Part shown: positions 49,926 through 62,780 of the stretch, in pieces
Position numbering within the stretch: the first letter of the stretch is position 1
Layout: each line of letters opens with the position of its first letter
NCBI GenBank assembly: GCA_951406725.2
Contig: OX597815.1
Span: 20,088,001-20,152,000 of the forward strand
Length of the DNA stretch: 64,000 nt
Source: Octopus vulgaris
Lineage: Eukaryota
Reading direction: 5' to 3'
The notes under the pieces: model-generated
What the model was told of the DNA's origin: nothing
The model's input: only the letters and a program-made list of their open reading frames with translations
The model's database searches: none
Program-made: the position numbers and the translations under genes

Positions 49926-51694
49926 TTGTTGATATTTAATAACGTCAGCTGCAAAAACATCTGTCTTTGCTTAAAGGCTCGCAAACGAATAAGCTATATA
50001 AATGTTTGGTAAGGTGTAAACAAACGTTGTAGTATAAGTAAAAAAAAAAACAACTTGCAAATAGTACGACTTTTGAATTTTTTTAATACCTAAATTCATT
50101 GACAAAAATCAACACAGACTTGGGCATTGGCAACAGTGATGAAGTGATAGTTAAGTAGACGCAAGAAAGTGGGATATGAAAGAATCGTCTATTTATATAT
50201 TCTTTCTTTTGCCAAAAGGATGTCGGTTTAAGCCTTCCTTTGCCAAATAGAATTTGGACATCGAGTGACTTTTTCGTCAAAAAGAATTGAAACTGGCAGG
50301 CCAGAGCTCTCCTCCTCTGTTGCAGCTGGCAGCTAAGAGTAACCCCTCCTCTAATCATTATACACTTGTTGAAAACCATTCTAATTTCAACCTTATGAGG
50401 GCCCGAGAATTTTTGTTTAGAAAAATATATATATATGTATGTAAAACAGATGAAAACAATTAGTAGTGGTGCGTGTTAGCAGAAGAAAGTTTTATAACGT
50501 CATTGTACACAGCTAACTGTGCCAAGACACTCGTCAACTTATCTAGATGCGGTTTTTCTACAGATTTCGACTTAAACTATTGATTAGTCTTTCTCAACAG
50601 TTAGTGTGGGAAAGTTCATTCATTGATTTTTAAAAGAGACTCAATGATGGAAAGAAATCTTTTTTAAAAACAAGACAAGCAGACAGAAAAAAAAATGTAT
50701 ATGTAAAAAAACAAAAAAACTGAGACTAAAAACAAAAAAGTTGTTTCAACTCTGTTCTCTAACTTCATGTAGGACATGTGTTCATTCAGTCAACAAATAA
50801 ATAACAATATATCGGACAGCTTGTATTAAAACTATTGTAGAAACACATATTATTTCAACTTCAGTCGAAATGTCAAAGATTTATATTACAGAAATATAAT
50901 TAAAGGACAGTAAGAAGCTTGCTACGAATACTTTATTGATCCTATGTTTATTGTTCACTGCTCATAACTGCCTACGTCTTGAAACAAATTACTCTATAGA
51001 AATAATTTCCTTAAGATATTCCTATATTTCTATCGTACGTATATATTTGATTCGATGTTTAATTGTTCAGAGAGTCTAGATAGATGGTATTCCGCTTAGT
51101 TACTCCCACATTCCTTAGCATTCTAATCTAACTGCTGAACAACTGTCAGTTTTAAGACTTGCACATCAAGGTTTGTCTAGATCACTTCAATATATTGCCA
51201 ATCGATCTTCCTCTTAATCTGTAATTCAGCAAAAACATTAATCCCTTTCTGTTCAGCATATAAGACTCTCAGATTTCACGTTGTTCCCTAAACCATATTT
51301 ATGAACATATGTAATTTTAAATATCGGTGAAGAAGGGTTTATTTTGGGAGGGAAGTGTTTTTGTGAATTGTTGGGTGGGTTACCCCGCAGAGGGTCCGCT
51401 TTACGTAACGTGATTGATTCAACAATGGATTAAACTTATCGTTGCAAATATTGTCTTCTGAAATATTGGATGTTTATATGGTAAGATTGCTAATCTAACA
51501 CCAGATCACTCTAATTCAACGTAAAAACGAGACGAGGATTTAAGGATATAATAGAAACAATGAGCTGGAGATTAACGAAAGATTCATAAATTTTATGTGT
51601 TCTGAACAACTTTGTTATTTGATGTAGGAGACTCTACAGTAGTAATTGGATGTCACATATGCAATTTTCGTATGTAATAGATATAATACATATA

Positions 51695-52055
51695 AGGCGG
51701 CGAGCTGGCAGAAACGTTAGCACGCCGGGTGAAATGCTTAGCGGTATTTCGTCTGCCTTTACGTTCTGAGTTCAGATTCCACCGAGGTCGACTTTGCCTT
51801 TCATCCTTTCGGGGTCGATAAATTAAGTACCAGTTATGCACTGGGGTCGATGTAATTGACTTAATACCTATGTCTGTCCTTTTTTGTTCCCTCTATGTTT
51901 AGCCCCTTGTGGGTAATAAAGAAATAGTTATTTCGTCTGACTTTACGTTCTGAGTTCGAATTCCGCCGAGGTCAACTCTGCCTTTCATCTTTTCGGGGTC
52001 GATTAAATAAGTACCAGTTACGCACTGGGGTCGATATAACCGACTTAATCCGTTT
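51695..52055 (+). mobile_element. SINE family A dimer (second unit head-less and 3'-truncated)
   Basis: ggcggcgagctggcagaaacg head. Junction gaaatagttatttcgtctg at about 51921. Confidence 0.9.
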
Positions 52056-52079
52056 GTATTTATGTTTCTTTCTGAGTAT

Positions 52080-52138
52080 ATTCTACTGACGAGGCAAAGC
52101 ATTTCTAAATGCAAAGTCAGAAATCCGGGATCTAGAAT
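52080..52138 (+). ncRNA. Type I hammerhead ribozyme with internal-loop helix II
   Basis: ATTCTA CTGACGA GGC-AAA-GCATT-TCTA-AATGC-AAA-GTC A GAA ATCCGGGAT C TAGAAT: perfect 6-bp helix I, near-palindromic helix III, one extra A before G12. Confidence 0.75.
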
Positions 52139-52275
52139 TATCCAGTAATTTTTTACTAGTTTCATCTTGTCTCTTTGTCTTTTCTCCCTGTTGCTATATG
52201 AAAACTTAAGGTGGTTTTAGAGTCGGTTCATGGCTGCTATTTTCAGCATGGTGGTATCTCGTAGATACCCTAATT

Positions 52276-52343
<68 letters not shown>

Positions 52344-52346
52344 CAC

Positions 52347-52395
<49 letters not shown>

Positions 52396-52558
52396 CATTG
52401 CGGTCTAAAGCAAATATAAATGACACCACAAGGTTTTGTTTCAAACGTCTACCTTTTGCTCTCTTGCTGCTCGATCGTGCTGCTAATGACACCAAGTGGA
52501 CTCAGAATATATTTACTTTCCGACATAGCAATGTATAAATTCATTTTTACTGGATACA

Positions 52559-52973
52559 TATTTCTTTACTACCCACAAGGGGCTAAACACAGAGAGGACA
52601 AACAAGGACAAACAAACGAATTAAGTTGTTTATATCAACCCAAGTGCGTAACTAGTACTTATATAATCGACCTCGAAAGGATGAAAGGCAAAGTTGACCT
52701 CGGCAGAATTTGAACACAGAACGTAACGGCAGACGCAATACCTATTTCTTTACTACCCACAAGGAGCTAAACACAGAGAGGGCAAACAAGGACAGACAAA
52801 CGGATTAAGTCAATTACATCGACCCTAGTGCGTAACTGGTACTTCATTTATCGACCCCGAAAGGATGAAAGGCAAAGTCGACCTCGGCGGAATTTGAACT
52901 CAGAGCGTAACGGTAGACGAAATACTGCTAAGCATTTCGCCCGGCGTGCTAACGTTTCTGCCAGTTCGCCACC
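52559..52973 (-). mobile_element. SINE family A dimer bounded by a single TSD
   Basis: TSD atttttactggatac at 52543-52557 and 52976-52990. Internal junction aatacctatttc. Confidence 0.92.
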
Positions 52974-53717
52974 CTATTTTTACTGGATACCAGTTACAAC
53001 CCCCTTTCTGCTCATGTCCCATTAGAGTCACAGAGAATTTAGCAGCTGCTTAGCAACTTGTAGATAGGTTGTCCCAAATAATGTATAGTCCGGTATTACA
53101 CAGAAAATTATTTACAAGTATCGCTTAGAGCAGCCCCAGAATGGGAACGGCAATTATCTATAACACAAGTAGTTCAGAATTTTTTAATACATACGCACAC
53201 ACACACACATACACACAAGCGCACGTTGTGTATGCGTTTGTCAATTTGAATATGTATATGCATATGTCAATGTGTCTGTATGTGTATGTATTAGATAAAT
53301 ATATATATAATCTTAGGCGCATAAAAAGTTTTTTAAAATTTATATTTGTGGAAAAGATAATTCAAAAATGGAACCACATTTTCTGGAACAAATGCATTAT
53401 GTTAATAATATCGATTTCTTTTGGTTTCCTTTCTCTTAAAAATCCTTACAGACATTTATACTTACAGAAATATTGATTGTTCATATTGGCACACGGTAAC
53501 ACATTTAGAAAGAGGAGATATAGTAAATTGTGCAGGCTCCAAATATATCGCTGGTACTTATATGTATACATACATGTATGTTTGTATGTATTTATGCATG
53601 TATGTATTCGTCTAGTACTGACTGTCAGAAGGAAGATTAATATTTTTATTTTGGCCGAGTCGATCTCTTTCTATACTGAGTTTTACATATATATACAAAC
53701 ATATATTCTTTTATTTA

Positions 53718-53991
53718 TTCGCCCTTTTCAAGCCTAGCCAGGCTCATGGGCCCGGTTTCCCGGTTTCTATGGCGTATGTGTTCTATCCAGCTGGACGGGA
53801 CGCCAGTCCATCGCAGCGTCAAGAAACAGGAAGAAAGAGTGAGAGAAAGTTGGGGGGAAAGAGTACAACAGGGGTCGCCACCACCCCTTGCTGGAGCCTC
53901 GTGGAGCTTTTTAAGGTGTTTTCGCTCAATAAACACACACCACGCCCGACCACGAGTCCGCTGCCCTAACCACTGGGCCATTGCGCCTCCA
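53718..53991 (-). mobile_element. SINE family C-related with alternative tail (like 40006-40293), head internally deleted
   Basis: ggaggcgcaatggcccagtgg head. ggaaaccgggaaaccgggcccatgagcctggctaggc tail. Confidence 0.85.
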
Positions 53992-54034
53992 CACACACAC
54001 ACACACACACACACGCATATATATATATATATCC

Positions 54035-54093
<59 letters not shown>

Positions 54094-54100
54094 GTGTGTG

Positions 54101-54137
<37 letters not shown>

Positions 54138-54721
54138 GGGTACAGGACGTCACAAACCGTAAATAACATGAAATACGAAAACAGATAAGTAGCTACGCCA
54201 ACAACAAAACAAATGAATAACAAGACAAGTAGCATAAAGGACGATCCTTCATCAGTTGTTGTCGGCTGTCCATCTACTCCTTATTTCGAGTACTGAACGA
54301 CAATATGAGCGGAGGGATTTGCGGAGGGTCAAAGTTGGTAACAAAAACAGAACGGTGGAGACATACAAGGAAATTGAACGAAACTGAACGCAAACAAGAA
54401 GTTCATAGGGCTAATTATGCATATATAAATATATGTGTGTGTTTGTGTGTGTGTGCGCGCGCGCGTGAGTGTGCCTTCGAAACATGCTAGAGTCGAACTA
54501 GTGACAGCTGATGATAGGGGATTTTTCCTTGCGTAGTATGTCCTGTACTCTGTTTTTCTGTTGTAAAAAAATGGTTTTTCCGTTTTCGTTTCTCATCGAG
54601 TTCTACGTCTAGTTGTGGTGACCTGTACTCACGTATATATATTTATATATGCATGTATATATACATGTAAATGTAGGTACGTACATATATGTTTGTATGT
54701 ATGCATATATTTTATTTATTA

Positions 54722-54810
<89 letters not shown>

Positions 54811-54812
54811 CG

Positions 54813-55149
54813 CTGAGACCCCCTTCGGTCATGACTGACCATTGGATTGCACCTAGAAAGTTACCCTCCCAGGCACAAATCCGAGCAAGTTTGTTTATGG
54901 AAGACCAGCAGTCGCCCATGCATACCAGCCTCCCTCTCCACACCACCAGTGTTATCCAAGGGAAAGGCAAGGGCTCATACAGCTTGGCACCTGTGACGTC
55001 GCAACTCATTTCTACAGCTGAGTGAACTGGAGCAACGTGAAATAAAGTGTCTTGCTCAAGAACACAACACGCAGCCCGGTCCGGGATTCGAACTCACAAC
55101 CTCACGATCGTAAGCTCGACGCCCTAACCACTGAGCCATGCGCCTTCAT
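54813..55149 (-). mobile_element. SINE family D (tRNA head plus CORE-like domain)
   Basis: A box tggctcagtgg, B box gagttcgaatccc, then gtgttcttgagcaagacactttatttcac. Confidence 0.85.
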
Positions 55150-55153
55150 TTAT

Positions 55154-55228
<75 letters not shown>

Positions 55229-55379
55229 TGCATAAATTAGCCCTATGAACTTCTTGGACTATCTTATAAAACTCTCTGACGACTGGCGAAGCCTAGAGGC
55301 GCACCCAAGTATCCTAATTTTATCTACAGGTCGATACAGTACACTGCATTACCTCTGGATATCCTTGTTGCTTACTTTG

Positions 55380-55410
<31 letters not shown>

Positions 55411-55413
<3 letters not shown>

Positions 55414-55619
55414 GTCAGACGCCATGATAGATCGTTAGCTACAACATACATTTTTTTCTCTCCTTGCTTCTCTCCTTGTTTTTTTTCTGTGTATCTTTCT
55501 GTAGAAGAGCGTAGGCTCGAAACGTAAAAGACTTTTTCTATTCCCCAGCGCTATACTAATACATCTGTTTGTTTGTACACCACCTGCCTTCGTCTTTTGT
55601 TTATTTTCGTAAACTTTCC

Positions 55620-55623
<4 letters not shown>
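55411..55623 (+). mobile_element. Solo pseudo-LTR fragment of the Neptune-related family in (TA)n
   Basis: Homologous to the reverse complement of 19236-19455 and ends at the same point. Confidence 0.85.
55494..55531 (+). ncRNA. Hammerhead-like fold with variant core CUGUAGA
   Basis: TCTTT CTGTAGA A GAGC-GTAG-GCTC GAA ACGT A AAAGA. Confidence 0.7.
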
Positions 55624-55698
<75 letters not shown>

Positions 55699-55754
55699 TG
55701 TATGTATGTATGTATGTATGTATATGTATATATATGCATACATACGTATATATG

Positions 55755-55815
<61 letters not shown>

Positions 55816-56255
55816 ATATTATTTATATTATTACTTGATTGAGCGCCACGCATCCATTTCCAATTAAGTTTATCTTAATATTCTTGATGCGTCTCTACTC
55901 GATACTGTCCACTCCCCAGTCTTTTTCTCTCTCATCCTTTCTCTAATTTTTCCCCCCTTCACCGTTTTCTATCTGTCTCTCTCCCTCTTTCTCCTTTACT
56001 TTCTCTGTCTCTGTTTCTCTCTCGTTGCTCACACGTGACCATCGTCCATCTTTCCTTTACTCAAGTGATCATCTTACTTTTCCTTCAGGGCTGTCATAGA
56101 GATTGCATGTATCCTTTCTGTCTCTCTCTTTTATCTTTTGTCTTGTCAAAAGAAATATTTCTGTGTGTGTGTGTTGTGTGTGTGTGTGTGTGTGTGTGTG
56201 AGTGTGTGAGTGTGTGTGTCTGTGTGTGTCTGTGTGTCTGTGTCTGTGTGTGTGT

Positions 56256-56300
<45 letters not shown>

Positions 56301-56619
56301 CGTGCGTGCGTGTACAAACCAAAGAAGATGATACTCAGCACATATCGTGAAGGTTAAATATTTACATTAATAGTATCAAACATAAATTCGCATGAAAGTT
56401 TCATATATGCGAAAAATTAAATAAATAAATAAACAAAGACCAGCTCCTTCAGAAGTGACATGTCGAAGTAGCTTATGTAATTATTTTTAATTGAAACTTT
56501 ATTAGAAATGTTTCTAATTTATTTTAGTACCTGGCTTGATCTAGCGTATTTTTTAGCTTATTTTAAAATTAGGATTTCATAATGATGATTTTTTAATAAT
56601 AACGATTCCTGCGAAAGAA

Positions 56620-56665
56620 ATTATTATTATCATTATTATTGTTGTTGTTGTTGTTATTATTATTA

Positions 56666-56753
<88 letters not shown>

Positions 56754-56835
56754 TATTATTATTATTATTATCATCATCATCATCATCATTATTATTATTA
56801 TTATTAATATTATTATTATTATTATCATCATTATT

Positions 56836-56873
<38 letters not shown>

Positions 56874-56925
56874 TATTATCATCATCATTATTATTATTAT
56901 TATTATTAATATTATTATTATTATT

Positions 56926-56960
<35 letters not shown>

Positions 56961-56989
56961 TATTATTATTATTATCATCATCATCATCA

Positions 56990-57038
<49 letters not shown>

Positions 57039-57135
57039 CATCATCATCATCATCATCATCATCATTATTATTATTATCATCATCATCATCATCATTATTA
57101 TTATTATTATTATTAATATTATTATTATTATTATT

Positions 57136-57173
<38 letters not shown>

Positions 57174-57202
57174 TATTATTATTATTATCATCATCATCAT
57201 CA

Positions 57203-57251
<49 letters not shown>

Positions 57252-57803
57252 CATCATCATCATCATCATCATCACCATTATTATTATTATCATCATCATC
57301 ATCATCATCATTATTATTATTATTATTAATATTATTATTATTATTATTATCATCATCATCATCATCATCATCATCATTATTATTATTATCATCATCATCA
57401 TCATCATTATTATTATTATTATTATTATTAATATTATTATTATTATTATTATCATCATCATTATCATCATCATCATCATTATTATTATTATTATTATTAA
57501 TATTATTATTATTATTATTATCATCATCATTATCATCATCATCATCATTATTATTATTATTTATTAATATTATTATTATTATTATTATTATCATCATTAT
57601 TATCATCATCATCATCATCATTATTATTATTATTATTAATATTATTATTATTATTATTATCATCATTATTATCATCATCATCATCATTATTATTATTATT
57701 ATTATTAATATTATTATTATTATTATTATCATCATTATTATCATCATCATCATCATCATCATCATTATTATTATCATCATTATTATTATTATTATTATTA
57801 TTA
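56620..57803. repeat. Compound (TTA)n/(TCA)n trinucleotide mosaic, about 1.2 kb
   Basis: Alternating TTA and TCA blocks with recurring ATA interruptions. Source of the poly-N/D, I/M and L/S ORFs. Confidence 0.97.
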
Positions 57804-58304
57804 CATTCCTTATATGCTTGTATGTAATGGTTGTACTAATCCCACCAACGAACTCTTTGTAATTATACACCCGTGCACTTAGTTATTGTAACTATATACC
57901 TGCACTTTCTGCCTTTTATTTCTCTTTCAACTACTTTAGTAGTCAATATGTGGATGAATTTTGTTATTTACTCAGGTCCGCATTGAAATGAATTTTATTT
58001 CTTACTTTTCCCCACATTTTTATAGAACTAGATTTTTAGGTGTGTGCAGGAGGATATTTGATACTTTTTTCTCCTTATTCCTACTTTTCTTAAATTTAAA
58101 GCTAATCATATGAGACTTCTTTTTTTTTATTCATTTATTGATTGATTTAGTTTGCTTCTTTTTTTTTTCTGTCTTAAAATGAATATGTTATTCTTACCTC
58201 CCTTGGTTTGGTGTGCTATTTACAATACAGAATATAATTTTTTGCGATATTTTCTGGTAATACCTCTTTGCTTTCTGTATGTATGTATGTATGTATGTAT
58301 TTTG

Positions 58305-58465
58305 AGGAGCGGCTGTGTAGTAAGTAGCTTGTTTACCAACCACGTGGTTCCGGGTTCAGTCCCACTGCGTGACACCTTGGGCAAGTATCTTCTACTATAG
58401 CCTCGGGCCGACCAAAGCCTTGTGAGTGGATTTGGTAGACGGAAACTGAAAAGAATCCCGTCGTA

Positions 58466-58515
<50 letters not shown>

Positions 58516-58742
58516 TGTGTGTGTTTGTGTGTCTGTGTTTGTCCCCCTAGCATTGCTTGACAACCGATGCTGGTGTGTTTATGTCCCCGTTACTTAGCGG
58601 TTCGCCAAAAGAGACCGATAGAATAAGTACTGGGCTTACAAAAAGAATAAGTCCCGGGGTCGAGTTGCTCGACTAAAGGCGGTGCTCCAGCATGGCCGCA
58701 GTCAAATGACTGAAACAAGTAAAAGAGTAAAGAGAGTAAGAG
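58305..58742 (+). mobile_element. SINE family B, full length
   Basis: Matches 13509-13945. Confidence 0.92.
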
Positions 58743-59450
58743 TATGTGCGTTGCTATATATATTTGTATATGCATACATTCACGTACGCGCATTTACTGA
58801 AGCCAAGGAAGCGTGTCGGAAACAAACTTTTGCTACCAAAAAGTAGTTCTTATGGAATGCATCTCAAACACTCTCTGATAACCGATTCCACCTCCTAATC
58901 TCAAAGCTCGAGCGAAACTGTTTATTCTAACAAGAGATGAGGCGAAGGCAGTTTACAGCTCCTTAAGATCAGTGTTTCTGGTGCATGTAAATCGTCAGCC
59001 TGGGAAAAATAGTTCATGTAAAAGAGAGTAAATTCTTATATGAAATCATCGTTTCATCGTAGCTATGTCCATCTGTGGGAAAGACTTCAAAAGTAAACCC
59101 AGAGAACAAATTCTAATCTATAGTCTCTAAGTCAGTCCGTCGTTGTTTCAATTTTTATTCTGACAACTTTTGTGACAAACCGTTGCCAAACCTTATTATT
59201 CCCTTGAGTAACTTCAAAGGCATAGAAAAAGGAGAGTCGCATGGGAACTGCTGGATTTTTTACTAATTGTGATCAGATTTGACCTAGGAGGGAACACTCC
59301 AGGGTCGTCTCACTGCGATGACACAACACAGACATCAGCAACCTACTAATTAGAAGCCTGTGCTCAATTAATGTGAAACTCGGCGCTTGAAGTTGCTTTC
59401 GACAGCGGGTGAGGCCATCGTGTCACTGGACAGTCACTACCTGCTTCAAG

Positions 59451-59510
<60 letters not shown>

Positions 59511-59873
59511 AGTCCTATTTTATGTTCTTCTCAGTATTCTTCTTCGGTTTTTATCATCCTGTCTTTGGCTCGCTCTATGTATTCATAGCCCGCCACCTCG
59601 ACAATCTACACCGAATTTGTTGCGCTAAGAACTGTAAATTTCAATGCAGTGTGTGGTGCCAGAGGAGGGATGAGCTCCTCGCAGTTTTTGCATCCCTTTA
59701 TGATTCCAGTCCTTTACTGCTTATTTTTAAATTTGTGTACCTAAGGGCACTTTTGAACATTTTAGAGTTTGTCCATGAAAAGTGCGGTGGTTTTCTTTGT
59801 TTACATTTATTCTCAGCCAGTCGGTATATTTTCAGTAATTCTCCTGTCTTTTTCTCTATTCTCTTCGATTAAC

Positions 59874-60150
59874 GTCGTATATATGTATATGTGTGTATAT
59901 GTATATATGTATATGTATGTATGTGTGTGCGTTTGTGTGTCTGTGTTTGTCCCCCTAGCATTGCTTGACAACTGATGCTGGTGTGTTTATGTCCCCGTCA
60001 CTTAGCGGTTTGGCAAAAAGAGACCAATAGAATAAGTACTGGGCTTACAAAGATTAAGTCCCGTGGTCGAGTTGCTCGACTAAAAAGGCGGTGCTCCAGC
60101 ATGGCCGCAGTCAAATGACTGAAACAAGTAAAAGAGAGTAAAAGAGAGTA
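59874..60150 (+). mobile_element. 5'-truncated SINE family B
   Basis: Starts at the internal microsatellite. 3' half and tail intact. Confidence 0.88.
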
Positions 60151-60649
60151 ACAAGTGAATGTATGTGCGCTCGTGTTGACGTCATCATCGTTGTTTTTCT
60201 ATTTTTATTTTTGTTGCTAAAATTTGCGTATTCGGACATCAAACTTTGCGAATATGTTTGTTTCTTGGTCAAAATTTTATTCATCTTATATTTTTCTGCT
60301 TATATTTTAAGCTCGTTTTCTTGTTTTCAGAGAATGATATATTGCTCTATTTTAAAGAGGTGTGTTCATGCTACTCTCTCTTGTTACTTTCTCTTACTGC
60401 TCCTCTAGCAGAAGAATATCAAAAACTGTCTATAAACACCACGAATTTTGGCAAAATATCAAATAATGTCTGATGGAGTCCTGCTTAAATCAGGTATTGA
60501 AGCAGATATACCGACGTTCCCGTTTTCTAAAATAAACCAATCCTAAAAGGAAAGTTTTCGTTCAGTAAAACATGTTAATTCATAATTCTCAGAACTTATT
60601 TTATCGATCCTGAAAGGATGAAGTCAAAGTCGACCTCACCATAATGCAG

Positions 60650-61330
60650 CACTAAGTCGTGGTTCCCATGGCGTTAGTGCTCCACCGAGGAGATGTATGC
60701 ATTCGCTAATTATGCCCGACCTTTGAGAGACAACTTCCTTTCTGCCCATTTCTGAGTGAGCTTGCCCACCCTGACCATGACCTCATCCCAGTTCCTATCC
60801 ACCTGGAGATATGGTCCGAACCAGACTCAGAGCACTTTCACCGGACCCTTCGTCCAGCGACAAAAATCACCGCTAGTCAACATGGACTTGACTCTCCAAG
60901 AGGCTTGTAGCAAACTCACTGATTTATCCTAGCTTATGTGTTCCTGTACATACCTGATATTCTTTCAGCATAGTGTCAACCGTTTCTATATCTGAAGAGT
61001 CTGACACCATGACCGTGACGTCGTCCACGTATGCAGACGCAGCTTTCATGTGCCCCCAAACTCTCCAGCCCTCACAGCAAAGGTTCGGATGCCAACTTAT
61101 ATAAAAGCGAGGAGAGAGGGAATTCTTGGTTGATCGAGCGTTCGATACTGAAAAGTTCCGAGAGGTAGCCATTTAATTTGACTACCGAGCAGACACCACT
61201 ATACATTGTGGTGACCAACCCTCTAAAGACGGGACCGAAACTGACAGCTTTTAGGACAGCCACCGAAAAGTAATGGTCCAAATGCCTTGGACCAGTCCAA
61301 TAATAATCTTCTGATAAGGTGGACAATACA
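60650..61330 (-). pseudogene. L1/Tx1-like reverse transcriptase fragment
   Basis: LDWSKAF, VKLNGYLSELFSIERSINQEFPLSSLLYKLASEPL, SAYVDDVTV, KWAERKLSLKGRA. Frameshifts. Confidence 0.85.
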
Positions 61331-61949
61331 AAGACAGTTTAGAATTTGTGTGGGTACACATAAAAAAAGATGAAGGAATAGGAGAGATGGAATAAAAAGA
61401 ATACATCGCACAATGACCACCAAAAGCACAAGACCTCGGCCCTCTACCGTGTCTATAGTGTTTATCTCAAACTGGTAGTGACCTCAGTAGAACAATCCGA
61501 AAATCATAAAAACGGTCATGAAAATATTAAAATCCCATTTCAACTGCAAAAATATGATTATAGCTCCCAACTCACGTGTTATCTCGATCAGCCGATATAT
61601 TGCAGGTACATAAACTGAGATGCCCAAGAACTGCAGGACAGTAGTTAGAAAACTAGAGATTCTGATGATGTTTAATAGGTTCCACAAAAACGATGCTAAT
61701 GTTACACTGTATTGGCGTTGACAATTGTGTTGCAAAAGAGGAACACTTTTTGTACGTGTATGTCAGCTAATAAAGGAAAAGGTGAGAGCTGTGAAAAATA
61801 GGTAGGATCGATAAACGCCGGGAAAGATAAAGATCTCATAGGAAACAGAAAAGGAAAACTATACGAGAAAAATGCACGGAATTTTCTTCGGGAATACTAC
61901 ATTCAGAAGTACTCCAACTTTGGGCTGGTTAAAGAAAAGAAAGTTGAAG

Positions 61950-62780
61950 AAAGTCGCAGTCCAAGAAAAGATTGATGACAAAAAGATAAGGAAGATATAA
62001 CACCATTATGACGACTATGCGATGGCTCTTAGTATCAAAGAGTAAGAACCTGGCATAGGTACAATTCAAAGGCTTGAGACACAATAAAATTGTATCACTG
62101 GCAATTGTGAAAAACGCACAATATAGTAAACCCAGACAGACCAACAAAAATAGTTGAAGCTGATCGGCTGAAAATGTTATAAGACAGGTAAGAAAAACTG
62201 GAACATTCAAAACCGGATATATATGTAACCTGCTCATTCGATACCAGGGTTAAGTAAAAGGAAATCGAATTATTAGATAAGTACCAGAAACTAATGTGGA
62301 GGCGCAATGGCCCAGTTGTTAGGGCAGCGGACTCGCGGTCGTAGGATCGCGGTTTCGATTCCCAGACCGGGCGTTGTGAGTGTCTATTGAGCGAAAACAC
62401 CTAAAAGCTCCACGAGGCTCCGGCAGGGGATGGTGGTGAACCCTGCTGTACTCTTTCACCACAACTTTCTCTCACTCTTTCTTCCTGTTTCTGTTGTACC
62501 TGTATTTCAATTGGCCGGCCTTGTCACTCTCTGTGTCACGCTGAATATCCCCGAGAACTACGTTAAGGGTACACGTGTCTGTGGAGTGCTCAGCCACTTA
62601 CACGTTAATTTCACGAGCAGGCTGTTCCGTTGATTCGGATCAACCGGAACCCTCGTCGTCGTAACCGACGGAGTGCTTCTACCAGAAACTAAAGTGAGAA
62701 TTATAAAGGCTTTGGAACAGTAGAGCGTTGATGGTTATTCCTATTACAATAGGACCATTAGATACAGTGTCCAAAATAAT
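61950..62780 (+). pseudogene. Very decayed RLE-type LINE 3' fragment split by a SINE
   Basis: RHNKIV, KLEHSKPDI, VTCSFDTRVK*KEIELLDKYQKL, VIPITIGPLDTV. Confidence 0.6.
62295..62679 (+). mobile_element. SINE family C, full length
   Basis: 13-bp TSD taccagaaactaa at 62282-62294 and 62680-62692. Confidence 0.95.

Noticed and set aside
54135-54635. Two GAAA...CTGATGA arrangements (54245-54290 minus, 54473-54520 plus) as permuted hammerheads
   Set aside because: I could not form helices I and III convincingly. Probably pseudo-LTR-type repeats, but the fold is unsupported.
55271-55297. ctctCTGACGActggCGAAgcctagag
   Set aside because: No helix II or III, and GAAA is broken. At best an unrecognisable relic.
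56577-57870. 323-425 aa ORFs (poly-D/N, I/M, L/S)
   Set aside because: Open frames are a by-product of the TTA/TCA repeat. No domain or gene context.
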